Assembly (NCBI GenBank): GCA_030390025.1
Contig: CM059432.1
Location: 1,984,001-2,048,000 of the forward strand
DNA length: 64,000 nt
Origin: Squalus acanthias
Lineage: Eukaryota
Direction: 5' to 3'
A program made the position numbers and the translations under genes. The notes under the pieces are model-generated. The model did not search any database. It saw only the letters and a program-made list of their open reading frames with translations, and was not told the origin of the DNA. Shown piece by piece: positions 49,581 through 63,310 of this stretch. Every line of letters begins with the position of its first letter. The stretch's first letter is position 1.

Positions 49581-50177
49581 CTTCAGCAGTGAACAGGATG
49601 AGCCAGAGTTTGTGGTGGTTCTGAACGGATGGGACTAGGCTTGCTGATGCCGCCAGTACTTGGACCCTGGCCTCCTTCCTCCAATCTGAATCGTCTTTCG
49701 AGAACAGTTTCAAAATTAAAGCTTTTGATAAATTTCAAACCCAACCATCTAAACACTCCGATAAACACGACGGCTACCATACGTCCCTTCGCAGTACGGT
49801 GGTTGTCATGGGTTTGCGTTGAGTCGTCATGGGAACTGGGCTGGGTGTTTTTTTTTGGAGGGGGAGCGGGGAGGTAAAAGGAAAATGATGCAGAGAAAAG
49901 CTCTCTCTACTCTGGCCCAACAAGGCGCTAGAACCCAACCTCAGAATAGCCCTACTGCAATTTACTTTGACAGTTTCTATTTCCCACACCTGTCTCTAAG
50001 TTACTCTTCAAAATTAAGTGTAAATTAGAGGCAGATTTGCACTGTGGACCCGTGCCCACCCGAGGTTGATCAAACTCATTTCTCATGGAGCCCTTACAGC
50101 CAGCAGAGGAGGTGTCCATATCATTGGCCTTTACTAGATTCAAGTTAGGTGCTCAAGAACAAATGCCACTGTTAAGT

Positions 50178-50645
50178 AAGTCCCATTCACCCATCTCCCC
50201 CTGTGCTCACTGACCTATATTGGCTCCTGGTCCGGCAACACCTCATTTTTAAAATCCTCATCCTTGTTTTCAAATCCCTCCATGGCCTCGCCCCTCCATG
50301 TCTCTGTAACCTCCTCCAGCCCTACAACCCTCCGAGATCTCTGCGCTCCTCCAATTCTGGCCTCTTGCCCATCCCCGATTTCCATCGCTCAACCATTGGT
50401 GGCCGTGCCTTCTGTTGCCTAGGCCCTAAGCTCTAGAATTCCCTCCGTAAACCTCTCCGTCTCTCTACCTCTCTCCTCCTTTAAGACGCTCCTTAAAACC
50501 TACCTCTTTGACCAAGCTTTTGGTCACCTGTCCTAATATCTCCTTATGTGGCTCGGTGTCAAATTATGTCTGATAATCGCTCCTGTGAAGTGTCTTGGAA
50601 TGTTTTACTACATTAAAGGCGCTGTATAAATACAAGTTGTTGTTT
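50178..50645 (+). mobile_element. L2 LINE 3' fragment
   Basis: ORF 50203-50436 plus GTT tail. Confidence 0.85.
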
Positions 50646-50824
50646 TGTGACTGTTAGGTGAGTATAGCTACAATTGGCACGCTACCCAAAAGAAACCTTC
50701 TTCTCAAAACCTGCATCAAACACAGCATTTCAGGTTTCCAGCTTGTAGTCCCTGTATCTGGACTCCAACACGCAAACTACATTAAAATGGGGACTTTTAG
50801 CAACTGTGATGTTAAAAAAAAGAA

Positions 50825-51275
50825 AAGGAAGACTTGCATTTCTACAAAGCGCCTTTCACGACCACCGGACGTCTCAAAGCGCTTTACAGCCAATGAAGTA
50901 CTGTCACTGTTGCAATGAGGAAACGAGGCAGCCAATTTGCACACAGCAAGCTCCCACAAACTGCAATGTGATAATGACCAGATCATCTGTTTTTGTCATG
51001 TTGGTTGAGGGATAAATATTGGCCCCAGGACACCAGGGATAACTCTCCTGCGAAATAGTGCCATGGGATCTTTTACATCCACCTGAGAGAGCAGACAGGG
51101 CTTCAGTTTAACGTCTCATCCAAAAGACAGCACCTCCGACAGTGCAGCACTCCCTCAGCACTGCACTGGGAGCGTCAGCCTAGATTTTTGTTCTCAAGTC
51201 TCTGGAGTGGGACTTGAACCCACAACCTTCTGACTCAGAGATGAGTGTGCTCCCCACTGAGCCACAGCTGACACT
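50825..51275 (-). mobile_element. Deu-domain SINE, full length, no VNTR
   Basis: Reverse complement of 9095-9566. Confidence 0.87.
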
Positions 51276-51796
51276 GTACAAAGTTTATCATCCCAGAGTA
51301 CTAGCATGAAAGAAATAATCTCAGGAGCTGGTTACAGAAGTGGCCAATGATGGAGCCATTGGAGGTGAACTGGACTACTCCCAACCATACCATCCCGGCT
51401 GGAATATTAAATGCAAATAGTGTAATGGCGGGCCTTAATGTAACGCTAGCAGACACTAGATGTGGCAGCTTGACTTGCTCATGCTCGGGAGCCAAGCTAT
51501 GAATCTTACAGCCAAATTAAGAGGGAGTTAAGATTCAGATGAAAAGGAGTGGGTGGGAAGGGGAGGTCCACCTTTCTAAGGAGGAGATCTGTGTGCACCT
51601 CTGCAACATCGGTTATAGAAAATCATGGTTGCAATATAATCTAGAAACCTGATCCCCTTTTCACAAACTGACCTATCCTAGCTTGTTTCGTACACCTACA
51701 ATGGTGTACACACAGCCAAATCATTTGTATTGGAATATTTCTGGCATGCAAAAAACAACTTATTAAAAAGATTAATCTTTTATTTTCAATCAATTA

Positions 51797-52235
51797 TTCA
51801 CCAGAATGATACCAGGGCTAAAAGGTTTAAATTATGAGGACAGGTTACGTAGACTAGGCTGATACTCCCTTGAGTATAGAAGATTAAGGGGTGATCTAAT
51901 CAAGGAGTAGATAAGATAGATAGAGAGAAACTATTTCCTCTGGTGGGGGAGTCCAGAACAAGGGGGCATAACCCTCAAATTAGAGCCAGGCTGTTCAGGG
52001 GTGATGTCAGGAAGCATTTCTTCACACAAAGGGTGGTAGAAATCTGGAACTCTCTCCCTCCAAAGAGCTGCTAGAGGCAGGGGGTCAATTGAAAATGTCA
52101 AAACTGAGATTGATAGATTTTGTTAGGCAAGGGTATTAAGGGTTACGGAACCAAGGCAGTTGAGGTACAGAACAACCATAATCTAATTGAATGGCACAAC
52201 AGGCTCAAGGGGCTGAATGGCCTCCTCCTTGTTCC
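51797..52235 (+). mobile_element. CR1 3' fragment (another subfamily)
   Basis: FTRMIPGLK..YEDRL..RRLRGDLI..FFTQRVVEIWNSLP. Confidence 0.8.
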
Positions 52236-52419
52236 GATAACCTTGAAGTGGGAGAGGTTTGGTTTCCTGGGTGAGAGACTAGGAAACACGGTAATATTCT
52301 GAGAGTTTCCTGAAGACAATGCAAAGGTTTATATGTACGAGTTAGAATGGCACGCCATAAGGAGTTGTGTAGACTGTGTTCGGACAATCCATCCCAGCAC
52401 GGTGCTAGAACAGAACCAG

Positions 52420-55400
52420 ACATAAGAACATAAGAAATAGGAGCAGGAGTCGGCCATTTGGCCCCTTGAGCCTGCTCCGCCAGTCAATAAGATCATGGCT
52501 GATCATCTACCTCATCTCCACTTTCCTGCATTATCCCATATCCCTTGATTCCCTTAATATCCAAAAATCTATCGATCTCTGTCTTGAATATACTCAACGA
52601 CTGAGCCTCCACAGCCCTCTGGGGTAGAGAATTCCAAAGATTCACCACCCTCTGAGTGAAGAAATTCCTCCTCATCTCAGTCCTAAATGGCCGATCCTTT
52701 ATTCTTAGACTGTGACCCCTGGTTCTAGACTCCCCAGCCAGGGAAACATCCTCCCTGCATCTACCCTGTCAAGCCCCTTAAGAATTTTATATGTTTCAAT
52801 GAGATCACCTCTCATTCTTCTAAACTCTAGAGAATATAGGCCTAGTCTACTCATTCTCTCCTCAAAGGACAATCCCCCCATCCCAGGAACCAGTCTGGTG
52901 AACCTTCATTGCACTCCCTCTATGGCAAGTATATCCTTCCTTAGGTAAGGAGACCACAACTGTACACAATACTCCAGGTCCCTCTGAGCACCAACATTTC
53001 CCAATCTCTCACCATTTAAAAAATACTCTGCTTTCCTATTTTTCCTACCAAAGTGGATAACTTCACATTTCTCCACATTATATTCCATTTGCCATGTTCT
53101 TGCCCACTCACTTAGCCTGTTTATATCCCTTGAAGCCTCTTTGCATCCTCCTCACAACTTACATTCCCACCCAGCTTTGAATCATCAGCAAACTGGGGGT
53201 ATTACATTTGGTCCCCTCATCCAAATCATTGATGTAGATTGTGAATAGCTGAGGCCCAACACTGACCCCACTAGTTACAGCCTGCCAACCCAAAAATGAC
53301 CCGTTTATTCCTATTCTCTGTTTTCTGTCCGTTAACCAATCCTCAATCCATGCTAGTATATTACCCCCATGAGCCCTAATTTTGTTTAATAACTTCTTGT
53401 GTGGCACCTTATCAAATGCCTTCTGAAAATCCAAATACACCACATCCACTGGTTCCCCCTTATCTATTCTGCTAGTTACAACCTCAAATTACTCTAACAG
53501 ATTCGTCAAACACGACTTCCCTTTCGTAAATTTGCTACCTTCCAATCCACGGGAACCGTTCTAGAATCTATGGAATTTTGGAAAATGACAACCAATGCAT
53601 CCACTATCTTTATTGCCACCTCTTTCAAAACCCTAGGATGTAGGCCATCAGGTCCAGGGGATTTATCGGCTTTCAGTCCCATTAATTTCTCCAGTTCTTT
53701 TTTTTACTAATACTAATTTCTTTCAGTTCCTCATTCTCGCTATACCCTTGGTTCTCCACTATTTCTGGGAATTTTTTTGCGTCTTCTTCCGTGAAGACAG
53801 ACACAAAGTATTTGTTCAATTTCTCTGCCATTTCCTTATTCCCCATTATAACTTCTCCTGTCTCAGCCTGTAAGGGACCCACATTTACTTTTGCTAATCT
53901 TTTCCTTTTTACATACCTATAGAAGCTTTTACAGTCTGTTTTTATGTCTCTCGCTAGTTTACTCTCATATTCTATTTTCCCTTTCCTTAGCAATTTCTTG
54001 GTCCTCCTTTGCTGAATTCTAAAATCCTCCCAATCCTCAGGCTTACTACTCCTTTTGGCAGCATTCTAAGCCTCTTCCTTTGATCTAATACTATCTTTAA
54101 CTTCTCTTGTTAGCCACGTTGGACCACTTTTCCTGTGGGGTTTTTGTGCCTTAAAGAATGTATATTTGTTGTAAATTATGTATTAATTATTTAAATGCTA
54201 GCCATTGCTTGTCTACCATCGTACCTTTTAATGTAGTTTCCCAATCTACCTTAGCCAACTCGCCCCTCATACCTACGTAGTTTGCTTTGTTTAGATTGAA
54301 GACCCTAGTTTCAGATTTAACTAAATCACTTTCAAACTCAATATAAAATTCTATCATATTATGGTCACTCTTCCCTAAAAGCCCCTTTACTATAAGGTTA
54401 TTAATTAACCCTTTCTCATTGCACAATACTAGATCTAAAATAGCCTGTTCCCTAGTTGGTTCCTCAACATACTGATCTAGAAAACTATCTTGCATACATT
54501 CCAGGAATTCGGCCTCTACAGTATTACTGCAAATTTGGTTTGCCCAGTCTATATGTAGATTAAAGTCCCCATGATTACTGTATTACCCTTGTTACGTGCA
54601 CCTCTAATTTCCTGATTTCTACTCTGCCCTACATTGCAACTACTGTTTGGGGACCTATAAACAACTCCCACCAATGTTGTTTCTAAGCTCCATCCAAACT
54701 GATTCTACTTCTTGATTTTCGGAGCTAAGATCCTTTCTCTCTACTGCCTTTATCCCATCCTTTAATATCAGGGCTACCTCTCCTCCTTTTCCATTTTGCT
54801 TATTTCTTCTATAAGTTAAGTACCCTGGAATATTTAGTTCCCAACCTTGGCCACATTGCAACCACGTCTCCGTAATGGCTATTAGATCAAACCTGTTAAT
54901 TTCTATCTGCACTATTAATTGATCTATTTTGTTGTGAATGTTTCGCGCATTCAGATATAGTGCCTTTAGCTTAGACTTATTTCTATTTTTCCCCTGGTCA
55001 CCTTAGTCACTGATGCCTTATTAACTTTGTTACTCTCTCTGTCCCGTCCTGACCCACTCTGCTTATTTTTACACAAAACTCTACTCTGCTCTAGAGCCTT
55101 GACATTTCTCTTGCTGCATTTAAATTTACTCTTTCCTGAATCCTCCCACCCCCACCTTCATTAGTTTAAAGCCCTGTCTACTGCCCTAGTTATTCAGTTC
55201 GCCAGGACACTGGTCCTAGCCCGGTTTAAGTGGAGCCCGTCCCAATGGAACAGCTCCGTCTTTCCCTAGTATTGGTGCCAGTGCCCCATGAACTGATACC
55301 CCTTCCTTCCACACCACTCTTTGATCCACGCATTTAAACCTCTAATCTGTTTGTACCGATGCCAATTTGCGTGTGGCTCAGGTAACAATCCAGAGATTAT

Positions 55401-56130
55401 TACCTATGAGGTGCTGCTTTTTAATTTGGATTCTAGCTCCTCAAACTCCCTCAGCAGAATCTCATTCCTAGTTCTACCTATGTCGTTGGTTCCTACGTGG
55501 ACCACGACAACTGGATCCTCCCCCTCTCGCTCCAAGTTCTCCTCCAGCCGCGAGGAGATTTTTTAACCCTGGCACTGGACAGGCAACACAACCTTCGGAA
55601 CTCTCGGTCGCGGCTACAGAGAACTGTATCTATCCCCCTGACTATACTGTCCCCTATCACAACTACATTCCCTTTCACTCCCCCCACTTTAATGGCCATC
55701 TGCACCATGGTGCCATGGTCAGCCTGCTCATCCATCCTGCAGGCTTTTCCCTCATCCACACAGGCAGCAAGAACCTCATACCTGTTGGATAAGGGCAAAG
55801 GCTGAGGCTCCTCCAGCACTGCACCTGGGGTCCCCTTACCTGCCTGAGTTGCAGTCACACCCTCCTGTCCCTGACCACTAACCAGACCTGTCCCACTACC
55901 TAACCGAAGGGGTGTGACAACCTCCTGGATCAAAGTGTCCAGGTAACTCTCCCCATCCCTGACGCCCCGCAATGTCTGCCCCTCAGACTCCAGCTCAACA
56001 ACTCTGAGCTGAAGTTCCTCAAGATGCAGGCACTTGCTGCAAACGTGGTTGTTCGGGATCACAATGCTCCACAAACTCCCACATGCTGCAGTTGCGGCAC
56101 ACCACCTGCACTGCCATCCCTATATGACCT
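52420..56130 (-). mobile_element. Near full-length CR1 LINE with ORF1 and decayed ORF2
   Basis: ORF2 pieces 54655-54912, 54187-54495, 53682-53993, 53159-53449, 52906-53088, 52493-52675; an internal deletion fuses two ACCTGG motifs near 52975; tail at 52420. Confidence 0.93.
55165..56117 (-). pseudogene. CR1 ORF1 (Cys-rich/leucine-zipper N-terminus + SGNH esterase-like domain), frameshifted
   Basis: MAVQVVCRNCSMW from 56117; CSKCLHLEELQLRVVELE; VVVIGDSIVRGID..LCCL; VVHVGTNDIG downstream in another frame. Confidence 0.85.
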
Positions 56131-56604
56131 TGATTTATTTAATTAAATGTAATTAAATTTGCAATTAGGTAACTTAATTTACAGTGTAGTTTCTTGACTA
56201 CACACTTGATCTAGATTAAGTTATGGGTACTGAAATTAAATATCTACCCTGTAACACAAAGCACTAGAAGTAGTGTAGGCAAAAAGCAACAACTCCTTCC
56301 CCCTCTTCTCCGAATTCCCACTCGTTCCAAATTCCCCCCAAAAAAGACTCTGTTTAAGAGCACTCCGTTTTAATCCCGCTCTGTGCAGGCACATCAGGGG
56401 ACACAGACAAATCTGAAAGTCGGTTGAAAATTACCAGCAAATTTAGAAAATTGTTTAGGCATGTGACAGAGTTAGGCGTTGCTTTAGACGGGAACTACAG
56501 AGAAAGACAATCTCAAAACTGTTAGAAAGAAATTCTTTTGGTGGATTTAGACCAACTTTGCTAAGCTTGCCTGAAATTAGTTTGTCGAGGTATCGCGTGC
56601 CAAG

Positions 56605-57530
56605 TGCTGATGATACAAAGCTGGGTGGGAATGTAAGTTGTGAGGAGGATGCAAAGAGGCTACAAGGTGATATAGACAGGTTAAGTGAGTGGGCAAGAAC
56701 AGGGCAGATGGAATATAATGTGGAGGAATGCGAAGTTATCCACTTTGGTAGGAAGAATAGAAAAGCAGAATATTTTTTAAATGGTGAGAGATTGGGAAAT
56801 GTTGGTGTTCAGAGGGACCTGGGTGTCCTTGTACACGAATCACAAAGTTAACATGCAGGTACAGCAAGCAATTCGGAAAGCAAATGGCATGTTAGCCTTT
56901 ATTACAAGAGGATTTGAGTATAAGAGTAAAGACGTCTTACTGCAATTATATAGGGCCCTGGTGAGACCACACCTGGAGTATTGTGTACAGTTTTGGTCTC
57001 CGTACCTAAGGAAGGATATACTTGCCATAGAGGGAGTGCAACGAAGGTTCACCAGACTGATTCCTGGGATGGGGGGATTGTCCTATGAGGAGAGATTGAG
57101 TAGACTAGGCCTTATATTCCCTAAAATTTAGAAGAATGAGAGGTGATCTCATTGAAACATATAAAATTCTTAGAGGGCTTGACAGGGTAGATGCAGGGAG
57201 GATGTTTCCCCTGGCTGGGGAGTCTAGAACCAGGGGTCATAGTCTCAGAATAAGCGGTCGGCCATTTAGGACTGAGATGAGGAGGAATTTCTTCACTCAG
57301 AGGGTGGTGAATCTTTGGAATTCTCTACCCCAGAGGGCTGTGGAGGCTCAGTCGTTGAGTATATTCAAGACAGAGATCGATAGATTTTTGGATATTAAGG
57401 GAATCAAGGGATATGGGGATAGTGCAGGAAAGTGGAGATGAGGTAGGAGATCAGCCATGATCTTACTGAATGGCGGAGCAGGCTCGAGGGGCCGAATGGC
57501 CGACTCCTGCTCCTAATTCTTATGTTCTTA
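56605..57530 (+). mobile_element. CR1 LINE 3' fragment (from ADDTKLGG to tail)
   Basis: ORFs 56558-56851, 56781-57131 and 57136-57441. Confidence 0.92.
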
Positions 57531-57629
57531 AGTGTTTAGGAGACCAATGATGAATAACTCCTTCCTCTATTAAACAAACTTAAAACAGAAAAAGACAGCT
57601 AGATGCATAGAAAGAAAAGACAGATCAAC

Positions 57630-57655
57630 AGATAGATAGATAGATAGATAGATAG
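57630..57655. repeat. (GATA)n microsatellite
   Basis: Visible directly. Confidence 0.9.
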
Positions 57656-58599
57656 AGATCTACCTTTATATGCTCTCGGACTGCGAGTATCCCCTTCCAT
57701 GCCACGCTGTAGAACCAATCCTGGTCTGTCCCCTCCTAAAGTTGGCACAGACAGAATTGTTTTGAAGATTCTTGGGTGGCAACTGAGCACTGCGCTCCCA
57801 AAACTCCCCTGTCAGCTTGTAGCTTTTACAAAGAACATTATTTTTGTTAAAAAAAATGGATTGTATATATATAATAATCGTCATAATTAAAGCTCAGTTT
57901 AGGTAAGTAACAAAAAAAGAAGCTACTCGTTATATTTAAAAAAAATATAAATAAGAGGCTTGGTTCATGCGGCAAAGAATAATGGGACATAAAATCCATT
58001 CAGAAGCGATATAGAGGTAACGGCATTGTACGTAGGCTCGCGACACAATTGTGCCTGTTATCAAGCTTTGCTGTGACTAAAATGAAGCTTTGCGTGGGGC
58101 CTAAAAGGTGGAGTAGATTCACTGTCAGACGGTGTAACATCAAGTTTAAGAGTAAGCCTCCTCCCTCCCCCGGTAAGACTCCGGTTAAAAGCGTAACGCC
58201 CGCACCACTACCTACCGCTGTCAGCCATTTCAAGACCACGATTCCCCGCTCGGGCCCGAGTTAAAATCACAGTCGGGTCTCAATGATGTCATCGGGCCGT
58301 AACACGCGTATGTAAAGAAGGACCCCCGTTGGCTCCGGGCGGGTGTCCTCGCCGCCTGCTCAGGAGAGCGGGTTAAAATCGCAGATGTCGCGATCGTGGC
58401 GGCTTTCGGACAGGTGAGAGCCGGGGGCGATTTTAACTGCCCGCCCGCCAGGTTTCTGCTGAGCCAGTAGGGTTAAAATCACCCATGAGCCCAATCCATG
58501 TCCATGTATTATTATTCTATCCTGGAATTCCCTTCTATGTAAAACAAAAATAAAACTGCCTATTTTCTACACCAAAAGCTGGAGTTTTGAGGAGCATTT

Positions 58600-58960
58600 T
58601 CTAGACAAATCACTAAAAGTAGCGACGCAGGTTAATAAGGCCAATTAAAAAGTAAACCAAGCACTGGGGTTCATTTCTAGACGGATAGAATTGAAAAGCA
58701 GAGAAGTTATATTAAACTTGTATCGAACCTTGGTGAGACCGCAGTTGGAGTACCGTGCATAGTCCTGGTCTCCATATGACAAAAAGGATATGGAGGCACT
58801 GGAGAAAAGATTTACAAGGATGACACCAGAACTGAGCGGTTATAACGACCAGGAAAGACTGAACAGGCTGGGTCTCTTTTCTCTAGAAAATATAAGACTG
58901 AGTGGTGGCCTGATAGAGGTCTTTAAGATTTTGAAAGGGGTTCGATAGGATAGACATAGA
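58600..58960 (+). mobile_element. Decayed CR1 ORF2 C-terminal fragment
   Basis: LNLYRTLVRPQLEYR...KDMEALE. Confidence 0.7.
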
Positions 58961-59514
58961 TGTTGCGATCATGTCAGCTTTCGGACAGGTGAGAGCCCGG
59001 GCAATTTTAACGAGCCAGGTTTCTGCGAGTAGGGTTAAGCGAGTAGGGTTAAGCTATATTAGACGGTCGTTTCGAAGAGGGAACAGTGCTGAAGAAAGGT
59101 ACTAATTTCTACCACTCTAAGCCCGGTGAGACAGCGTGAGACAGCCGAGATTTGCCCCCCTCATCTTCCAATGGGTGACCAGTGCTCCGCTGAATTTTCA
59201 ATTGTGGTTTTTTTCGGAGAAGAGATTTTTTTTTTGTTTCGATTTTTCCCCCAAGTAATGGCTCGGCCCTCTCCAGCATTTACCATTTGGTGGATTTAAT
59301 TTTAAAATGTTACATATTAAAACGGAATGAAAGAAGCTATTGCTGCAACGCTGATGGTTCCATCTCTCAGTCCCTTTTCCCCAACTACGCATCCTTTCTT
59401 AATGTTAACGGTTTTACCGTGGTTACTCAGTCAAGACACCCACAACATGTATTTAGTCACTGTCTGTGGTTTGACTATTCTCTCTCTCCATCCCAGGACA
59501 AGCAGAGGAATTAA

Positions 59515-60550
59515 AATCATAGAATCATATGGAACAGAAGGAGGCCGTTTGGCCCATCGTGCCTGTGCTGGCTCTTTGAACGAGCTCTCCAATTAGTCCC
59601 ACTCCCCCCTGCTCTTTCCCCACAGCCCCACAAATTTCTCCTTTTCAAGTATTTATCCAATTTCCCTTTTGAAAGTTACTATTGAATCTGCTTCCACCGC
59701 CCTTTCAGGCAGCGCGTTCCAGATCACAACAACTCGCCGTGTAAAAAAATTTCTTCTCATCTCCCCTCTGGTTCTTTTACCAATTACAAGAAACTCTTTG
59801 GTATCCGGCACCGACGGGACCGGCGTGGTGCCGGTTGATCGAAAGTTCCGGATAACAGAGTTATATCTACCGAGGCTATTTTTAACAAAGAAAAATTAAA
59901 AAATCAAGAAATGTGCAGTATACAGTATTTGGGTACTTACCTACAGAATGTTGTGTTAAATGGATGGTGGAAGATGCTTGATTAAGTACAGTACTGCCAG
60001 TTGAGAGTAATCCATAACTCTTTAATTACTTAACAGTAAGTGAGACTCCCGGCAGCGCGGGAGAATCAACTCCTGCTACTGCAGTGTTTCGGACTTCCGA
60101 CAGCGCCAGGAGGCCGAGTAGTGGCACTTTTGAAAACTACCCCTACTGACTAAATCGGCGTTCGCGGACTCGGGATCGGCAACATTGCCGGTTATTTGAG
60201 AGGAGTTTTCGAAGTACTCGGCGTTCGCGGAGACTCGGACTGCGACTCGGCAACATTGCCGGTTATTTGAGAGGAGTTTTCGGAGGATGATTTTTGCCGG
60301 TTAAGCGAGAATTCCGGATATTTGGGTGCCGGATAAACAAGAGTTTCCTGTACCTTAAATCTGTGTCCTCTGGTTACCGACCCTTCTGCCAATGGGAACA
60401 GTTTCTCTCTATCTACTCTGTCCAGACCACTCATGATTTTGAACACCTCTATTAAATCTCCCCTTAACCTTCTCTGCTCCAAGGAGAACAACCCCAGCTT
60501 CTCCAGTCTCTCCACGTAACTGAAGTCCCTCATCCCTGAAACCATTGTAT
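59515..60550 (-). mobile_element. CR1 3' fragment interrupted by a TA-target MITE
   Basis: ORF 60192-60545(-) switches from CR1 (RGHRFKV) into MITE sequence at 60350. Confidence 0.85.
59787..60350. mobile_element. Tc1/mariner-pogo (Tigger-like) MITE, 564 bp
   Basis: TIRs CAAGAAACTCTTTGGTATCCGGCACC / reverse complement CAGGAAACTCTTGTTTATCCGGCACC; TA TSD (59785-86/60351-52); host CR1 restored on removal. Confidence 0.8.
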
Positions 60551-60969
60551 GGAGCGAATTAAATGCACTTAAATTCTCTACAGATTCCTAAATTCTCAGT
60601 TTGGGCGTGGTGCCGATCTCTGGTACAACTCTGGGCACCTTCATCACTGAGGTCAGAAAATTATACAGCACAGCACAGGAGGAGGCCATTCGGCCCATCG
60701 TGCCTGTGCCCGCTCTTTGAACGAGCTCTCCAATTAGTCCCACTCCCCCCTGCCCCTTCCCCACAGCCCTGCAAATTTCTCCTTTGCAAGTATTTATCCA
60801 ATTCCCTTTTGAAAGTTACTATTCAATCTGCTTCCATCGCCCTTTCAGGCAGCGCGTTCCAGATCACAACAACAGGTAATGACCACAATATGAAAAGACC
60901 ATCCAGTACTATAGCAAGGAGTCATGTTCCACACTGGTCGCTTCTGAAGAGACAGCAAGTTACATTTTT

Positions 60970-61750
60970 ATAAGAACATAAGAATTAGGAGCAGGAGTCG
61001 GCCATACGGCCCCTCGAGCCTGCTCTGCCATTCAATAAGATCATGGCTGATCTTCTACTTCATCTCCACTTTCCCGCCCTCTCCCCATATCCCTTGATTC
61101 CCCGAGAGTCCAAAAATCTATCGATCTGTGTCTTGAATATATTTATCGACCGACCATCCACAGCCCTCTGGGTTAGAGAATTCCAAAGATTCACAATCCT
61201 CTGAGCGAAGAAATTTTTTGCTCATCTCAGTCCTAAATGGCCGACCCATTATCCTGAGGCTCTACAAGATGCACTGCAGCAACTCGCCAAGGCTTCTTTG
61301 ACAGAACCTCCCAAACCCGCGACCTCTATCACCTAGAAGGACAAGGGCAGCAGGCGCATGGGAGCACCACCACCTCCAAGTTTCCCTCCAAGTCACACAC
61401 CATCCTGACTTGGAAATATATCGGCCGATCGTTCATCGTCGCTGGGTCAAAATCCTGGAACTCCCTCCCTAACAGCACTGTGGGAGAACCTTCACCACAC
61501 GGACTGCAGCGGTTCAAGAAGGCGGCTCACCACCACCTTCTCGAGGGCAACTAGGGATGGGCAATAAATGCCGGCCTTGCCAGCAACGCCCACATCCCAG
61601 GAACGAATTTTTAAAAAAGACCCTTAGTTCTAGACTCTCCAGCCAGGGGTAACAGCCTCTCAGCATTTACCCTGTCAATCCCTCTAAGGATTTTATATGT
61701 TTCAATGAGATCACCTCTTATTCTTCTAAACTCCAAAGAATATAGGCACA
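60970..61750 (-). mobile_element. CR1 3' fragment with an antisense poly(A)-tailed LINE end nested at 61261-61620
   Basis: Host sequence is continuous on either side; insert matches 1707-2068. Confidence 0.82.
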
Positions 61751-62009
61751 TATCTTTGAAAAATAAATTGTCAAATACCCAACTGCAAGTCTGTATCTTT
61801 AAAAGCTACCAAACATCTAACTCTTTTCAAAAAAAAGGTCAGCCATGGTGACTTAGTATTGAATTGAACCCCCAAATGAATTCTCAAGAGCTTGACTAAT
61901 TTTCTAAGCAGTTTACACAGTTCTGGTTATTTACTCCTGAACTAAAGCCTGACCTGATATCCTCGCAGCAGACACATTCACTCCAGCGCAGACAAATTAT
62001 CAAGAAAAA

Positions 62010-62950
62010 AAAAGGACCTGCATTTCTATAGCGCCTTTCACGACCTCAGGGCGTCTCAAAGCGCTTTACAGCCAATGAAGTACTTTTTGAAATGTAGTCA
62101 CTGTTGTAATGTAGGAAACACAGCAGCCAATTTGCACACAGCAAGCTCCCACAAACAGCAATGTGATAATGACCAGATCATCTGTTTTAGTGATGTTGAT
62201 TGAGGGATAAATATTGGCCCCAGGACACCGGGGAGAACTCCCCTGCTCTTCTTCGAAATAGTGGCCACGGGATCTTTTATGCCCACCTGTGAGAGGAGAC
62301 GGGGCCTCTGTTTAACGAATCATCCAAAAGATGGCACCTCCGACAGTGCGGTGCTCCCTCAGTACTGGCACATAAGAACATAAGAAATAGGAGCAGGAGT
62401 AGGCCATTCGGCCCTTCGAGTCTGCTTCGTCATTCAATAAGATCATGGCTGATCTTCTGCCTCCACTCCATTCACCGGCTCTATCGCCATATCCCTTGAT
62501 GCCCTTATTAGTCAGAAATCTATCGACTTCTGTTTTGAATATACCCAATGACTGAGCCTCCACAGCCCTCTGGGGTAGAGAATTCCAAAGGTACACCACC
62601 CTCTGTGTGAAGAAATTTCTTCTCATCTCAGTCCTGAATGGCCTACCCTTTATCTTGAGGCTGTGGCCCCTGGTTCTAGACTCCCCAGCCAAGGGAAACA
62701 TTCTCCCAGCATCCACCCTATCAAGCCCTGTAATAATTTTGTATGCTTCAATGAGATCCCCTCTCGTTCTTCTGAATTCAAGAGAAGCCAGGCCTAGTTT
62801 ACTCAATCTCTTCTCATACGACAGTCTCACCATCCCAGGAATCAATCTCGTGAACCTTTGTTGCACTCCCTCTATGGCAAGTATATCCTTCCTTAGGTAA
62901 GGTATCCTTCCTTAGGCACTGGGAGTGTCAGATTGGATTTTTGTGCTCTT
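62010..62950 (-). mobile_element. Deu-SINE split by a CR1 3' fragment (62370-62915)
   Basis: SINE breaks at GGCAC and resumes at GGCACTGGGAGTGTCAG; ORF 62312-62866(-). Confidence 0.85.
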
Positions 62951-63069
62951 GTCTCTTTTGAAAGTCACTATTGAATCTGCTTCCACCGCCCTTTCAGGCA
63001 GCGCATTCCCGATCACCTGTCAGGTCTCTCACCTGGTAGGTGGGAGGCCGGCCAGGAGAGTCTTTGAGC

Positions 63070-63310
63070 AAGAAAGTAGATAGTCATGTGTCAAGTCCCA
63101 CAGAAAGGTGAGCTGTCTACCTGGAGCTAAAGGAGTGCACAATGAGGAAAAATTAGAAGGTCTACTGAAGTTGGCAGGATCGGACCTTGTGGTGCTTGTC
63201 CATGAGGGACAAACGGCATTGGGACCAATAATACAGCGACTACAAGGCACCAATAATACAGCGACTACAAGGCACATACATGAGGATTGCCTCAAGTTTC
63301 AAAAATAGGG
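63070..63310 (+). pseudogene. Old CR1 ORF1 esterase-domain relic
   Basis: VSCLPGAK...LLKLAGSDLVVLVHEG(T)NGIG resembles the CLPGA..VVHVGTNDI block of ORF1. Confidence 0.55.
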
